From positions 1 to 64,000 of the forward strand of contig CAWDVW010000003.1 in assembly GCA_963805855.1 (NCBI GenBank): 64,000 nucleotides of DNA. Direction: 5' to 3'. This document shows, one piece after another, positions 62,642 through 64,000 of this stretch (positions are counted from its first letter, which is position 1; every line of letters begins with the position of its first letter). The DNA comes from Candidatus Dadabacteria bacterium (lineage in GTDB: Bacteria > Desulfobacterota_D > UBA1144 > Nemesobacterales > CSP1-2). Below the pieces are notes generated by a model. The model was not told the origin of the DNA. It did no database searches and saw only the letters and a list, made by a program, of their open reading frames with translations. The position numbers and the translations under genes were made by a program.

Positions 62642-64000
62642 ATGAGGCGAAACATATCTACTTTTACTTATACCAAGTATGATCTCATCGTCGTTGGTGG
62701 TGGTATATTCGGAATTTGTGCTACATGGGATGCTGCTCTTAGAGGCCTTTCCGTGGCTCTCTTGGAACGTGGTGATTTCGCTCACGCGACTTCAGCCAAT
62801 TGCTTTAAAATAGTTCACGGTGGGATACGTTACCTTCAGCACTCCGATTTCTCCCGTGTCAGAGAATCCCTTAAAGAGCTTAACACTCTGCTCCGCATTG
62901 CGCCACACCAGGTTTATCCCATTCCTTTCGTCGTCCCAACTTATGGCCATGGAATGCAGGGCAAATTGGTGTTGAAGGCAGGTCAGCTTCTATATAATCT
63001 GGTCACTTTTGATAGAAACCAAGGGATCATCGATCCGCATAGGAAAATTCCATTAGGGTACGCAATTTCCAGGCGAGATTGCCTTGAATTGTTCCCGGGT
63101 TTGAGTGGGAATAGACTCACTGGGGCGGTGATTTTCTACGATGGGCAAATGTATAGTCCGGCAAGGCTTGCACTAGCTTATCTCAAGTCTGCCGTAGATG
63201 CGGGTGCCGACGCAGGAAATTACATTGAGGTGAAAGGCTTTCTCCGCCGGGGAGAGGCTATAGTGGGGGTCGAGGCGGAGGATAAAATGACTGGGGAGAA
63301 GGTGGAAATTTTGGGTAAAGTAGTGCTAAATGCTGCCGGCCCTTGGGCAGAGAGAATGATCAGGGGTCAGATGGGTCTGCAACAAACTCCAGAGCTTTGT
63401 TACACAAGGGATGCATTCATTGTTGTTGATAAGCCTTTAGTGAATAAATACGCACTTGCTGTACTGGGTAGGGGAAAGGATCCAGCTGCTTCGTTCAGCA
63501 GGGGACGCCGTCATCTCTTCATTATACCATGGCGGGGATACACCATAGTTGGTATTTGGCATTCGGTCTATAAAGGTGAGCCAGATGAATTTACGGTTAG
63601 TGAAAGGGATCTTCAATGGTTCGTTGACGAAATCAATGAAGCTTATCCCCCAATATCACTCAGTCTGAATGACATTTCAACGTGGAATGCGGGGATTGTA
63701 CCATCTGGCGATAACGAATATGGAGCTACCAACCTTACTTACGCAAAGAGGTCACTGGTTATAGATCACGCTAAGGACCACAATGTCGAAGGTCTATTAA
63801 CTGTAATAGGCATACGCTACACAACTTCCAGGAGGGTTGCAGAAAGGGTTGTGGACTTAGTGTTTAGAAAATTGGGTAAAGAGCCACCGAAATGTGAAAC
63901 GGCAGTGACTCCGATTTATGGTGGTCAAATCGAAGATTTCGAAGAGTTTGTTTCTAATGCTCTCAAGAGTGGCAAACATGGTCTGAGCCCCGAAATCATT
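62642..64000 (+). CDS. FAD-dependent glycerol-3-phosphate dehydrogenase/oxidase-like protein, running off the window end (absent from the ORF track)
   Basis: MRRNISTF..KYDLIVVGGGIFG...AWDAALRGLSVALLERGDFAHATSANCFKIVHGGIRYLQ-like N-terminus, LNAAGPW; GAGG RBS. Confidence 0.87.
   Translation, partial: MRRNISTFTYTKYDLIVVGGGIFGICATWDAALRGLSVALLERGDFAHATSANCFKIVHGGIRYLQHSDFSRVRESLKELNTLLRIAPHQVYPIPFVVPTYGHGMQGKLVLKAGQLLYNLVTFDRNQGIIDPHRKIPLGYAISRRDCLELFPGLSGNRLTGAVIFYDGQMYSPARLALAYLKSAVDAGADAGNYIEVKGFLRRGEAIVGVEAEDKMTGEKVEILGKVVLNAAGPWAERMIRGQMGLQQTPELCYTRDAFIVVDKPLVNKYALAVLGRGKDPAASFSRGRRHLFIIPWRGYTIVGIWHSVYKGEPDEFTVSERDLQWFVDEINEAYPPISLSLNDISTWNAGIVPSGDNEYGATNLTYAKRSLVIDHAKDHNVEGLLTVIGIRYTTSRRVAERVVDLVFRKLGKEPPKCETAVTPIYGGQIEDFEEFVSNALKSGKHGLSPEII

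Overview
A 64 kb bacterial chromosomal window of about 42% GC (estimated by eye). Gene content and style tentatively suggest a Desulfobacterota/Ca. Dadabacteria-like genome. Core genes include ilvA, a sulfurtransferase, the pccB-accC-biotin carrier operon, coaE, gltX, grxC, DUF47-pit, mlaE, nupC, mtgA, bioB, cdd, grxD-bolA and a GGQ release-factor-like gene. Accessory exported proteins are a Cys-rich lipoprotein, a clan GH-A lipoprotein, a metzincin/TSP3 protein with a C-terminal sorting tail, a tandem gamma-carbonic-anhydrase-like lipoprotein, a Tat-exported beta-CA, and a 2654-aa protein with RHS/YD, 13 Ig-like, FG-GAP and RTX modules. A surface-glycan cluster runs from 52.7 kb to the window end and unexpectedly carries a carboxy-SAM synthase (CmoA) next to an FkbM-type transferase and a GlpD-like oxidoreductase. 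Several genes are split by single-base, mostly homopolymer, frameshifts that may be sequencing errors. Non-coding features include three copies of a 160-200 bp MITE-like element, REP-like hairpins, heptamer-repeat hairpins, sigma54 promoters, and candidate BirA and PsrA-type operators. No rRNA, tRNA, CRISPR array or transposase was seen. All calls rest on motif recognition without database searches.
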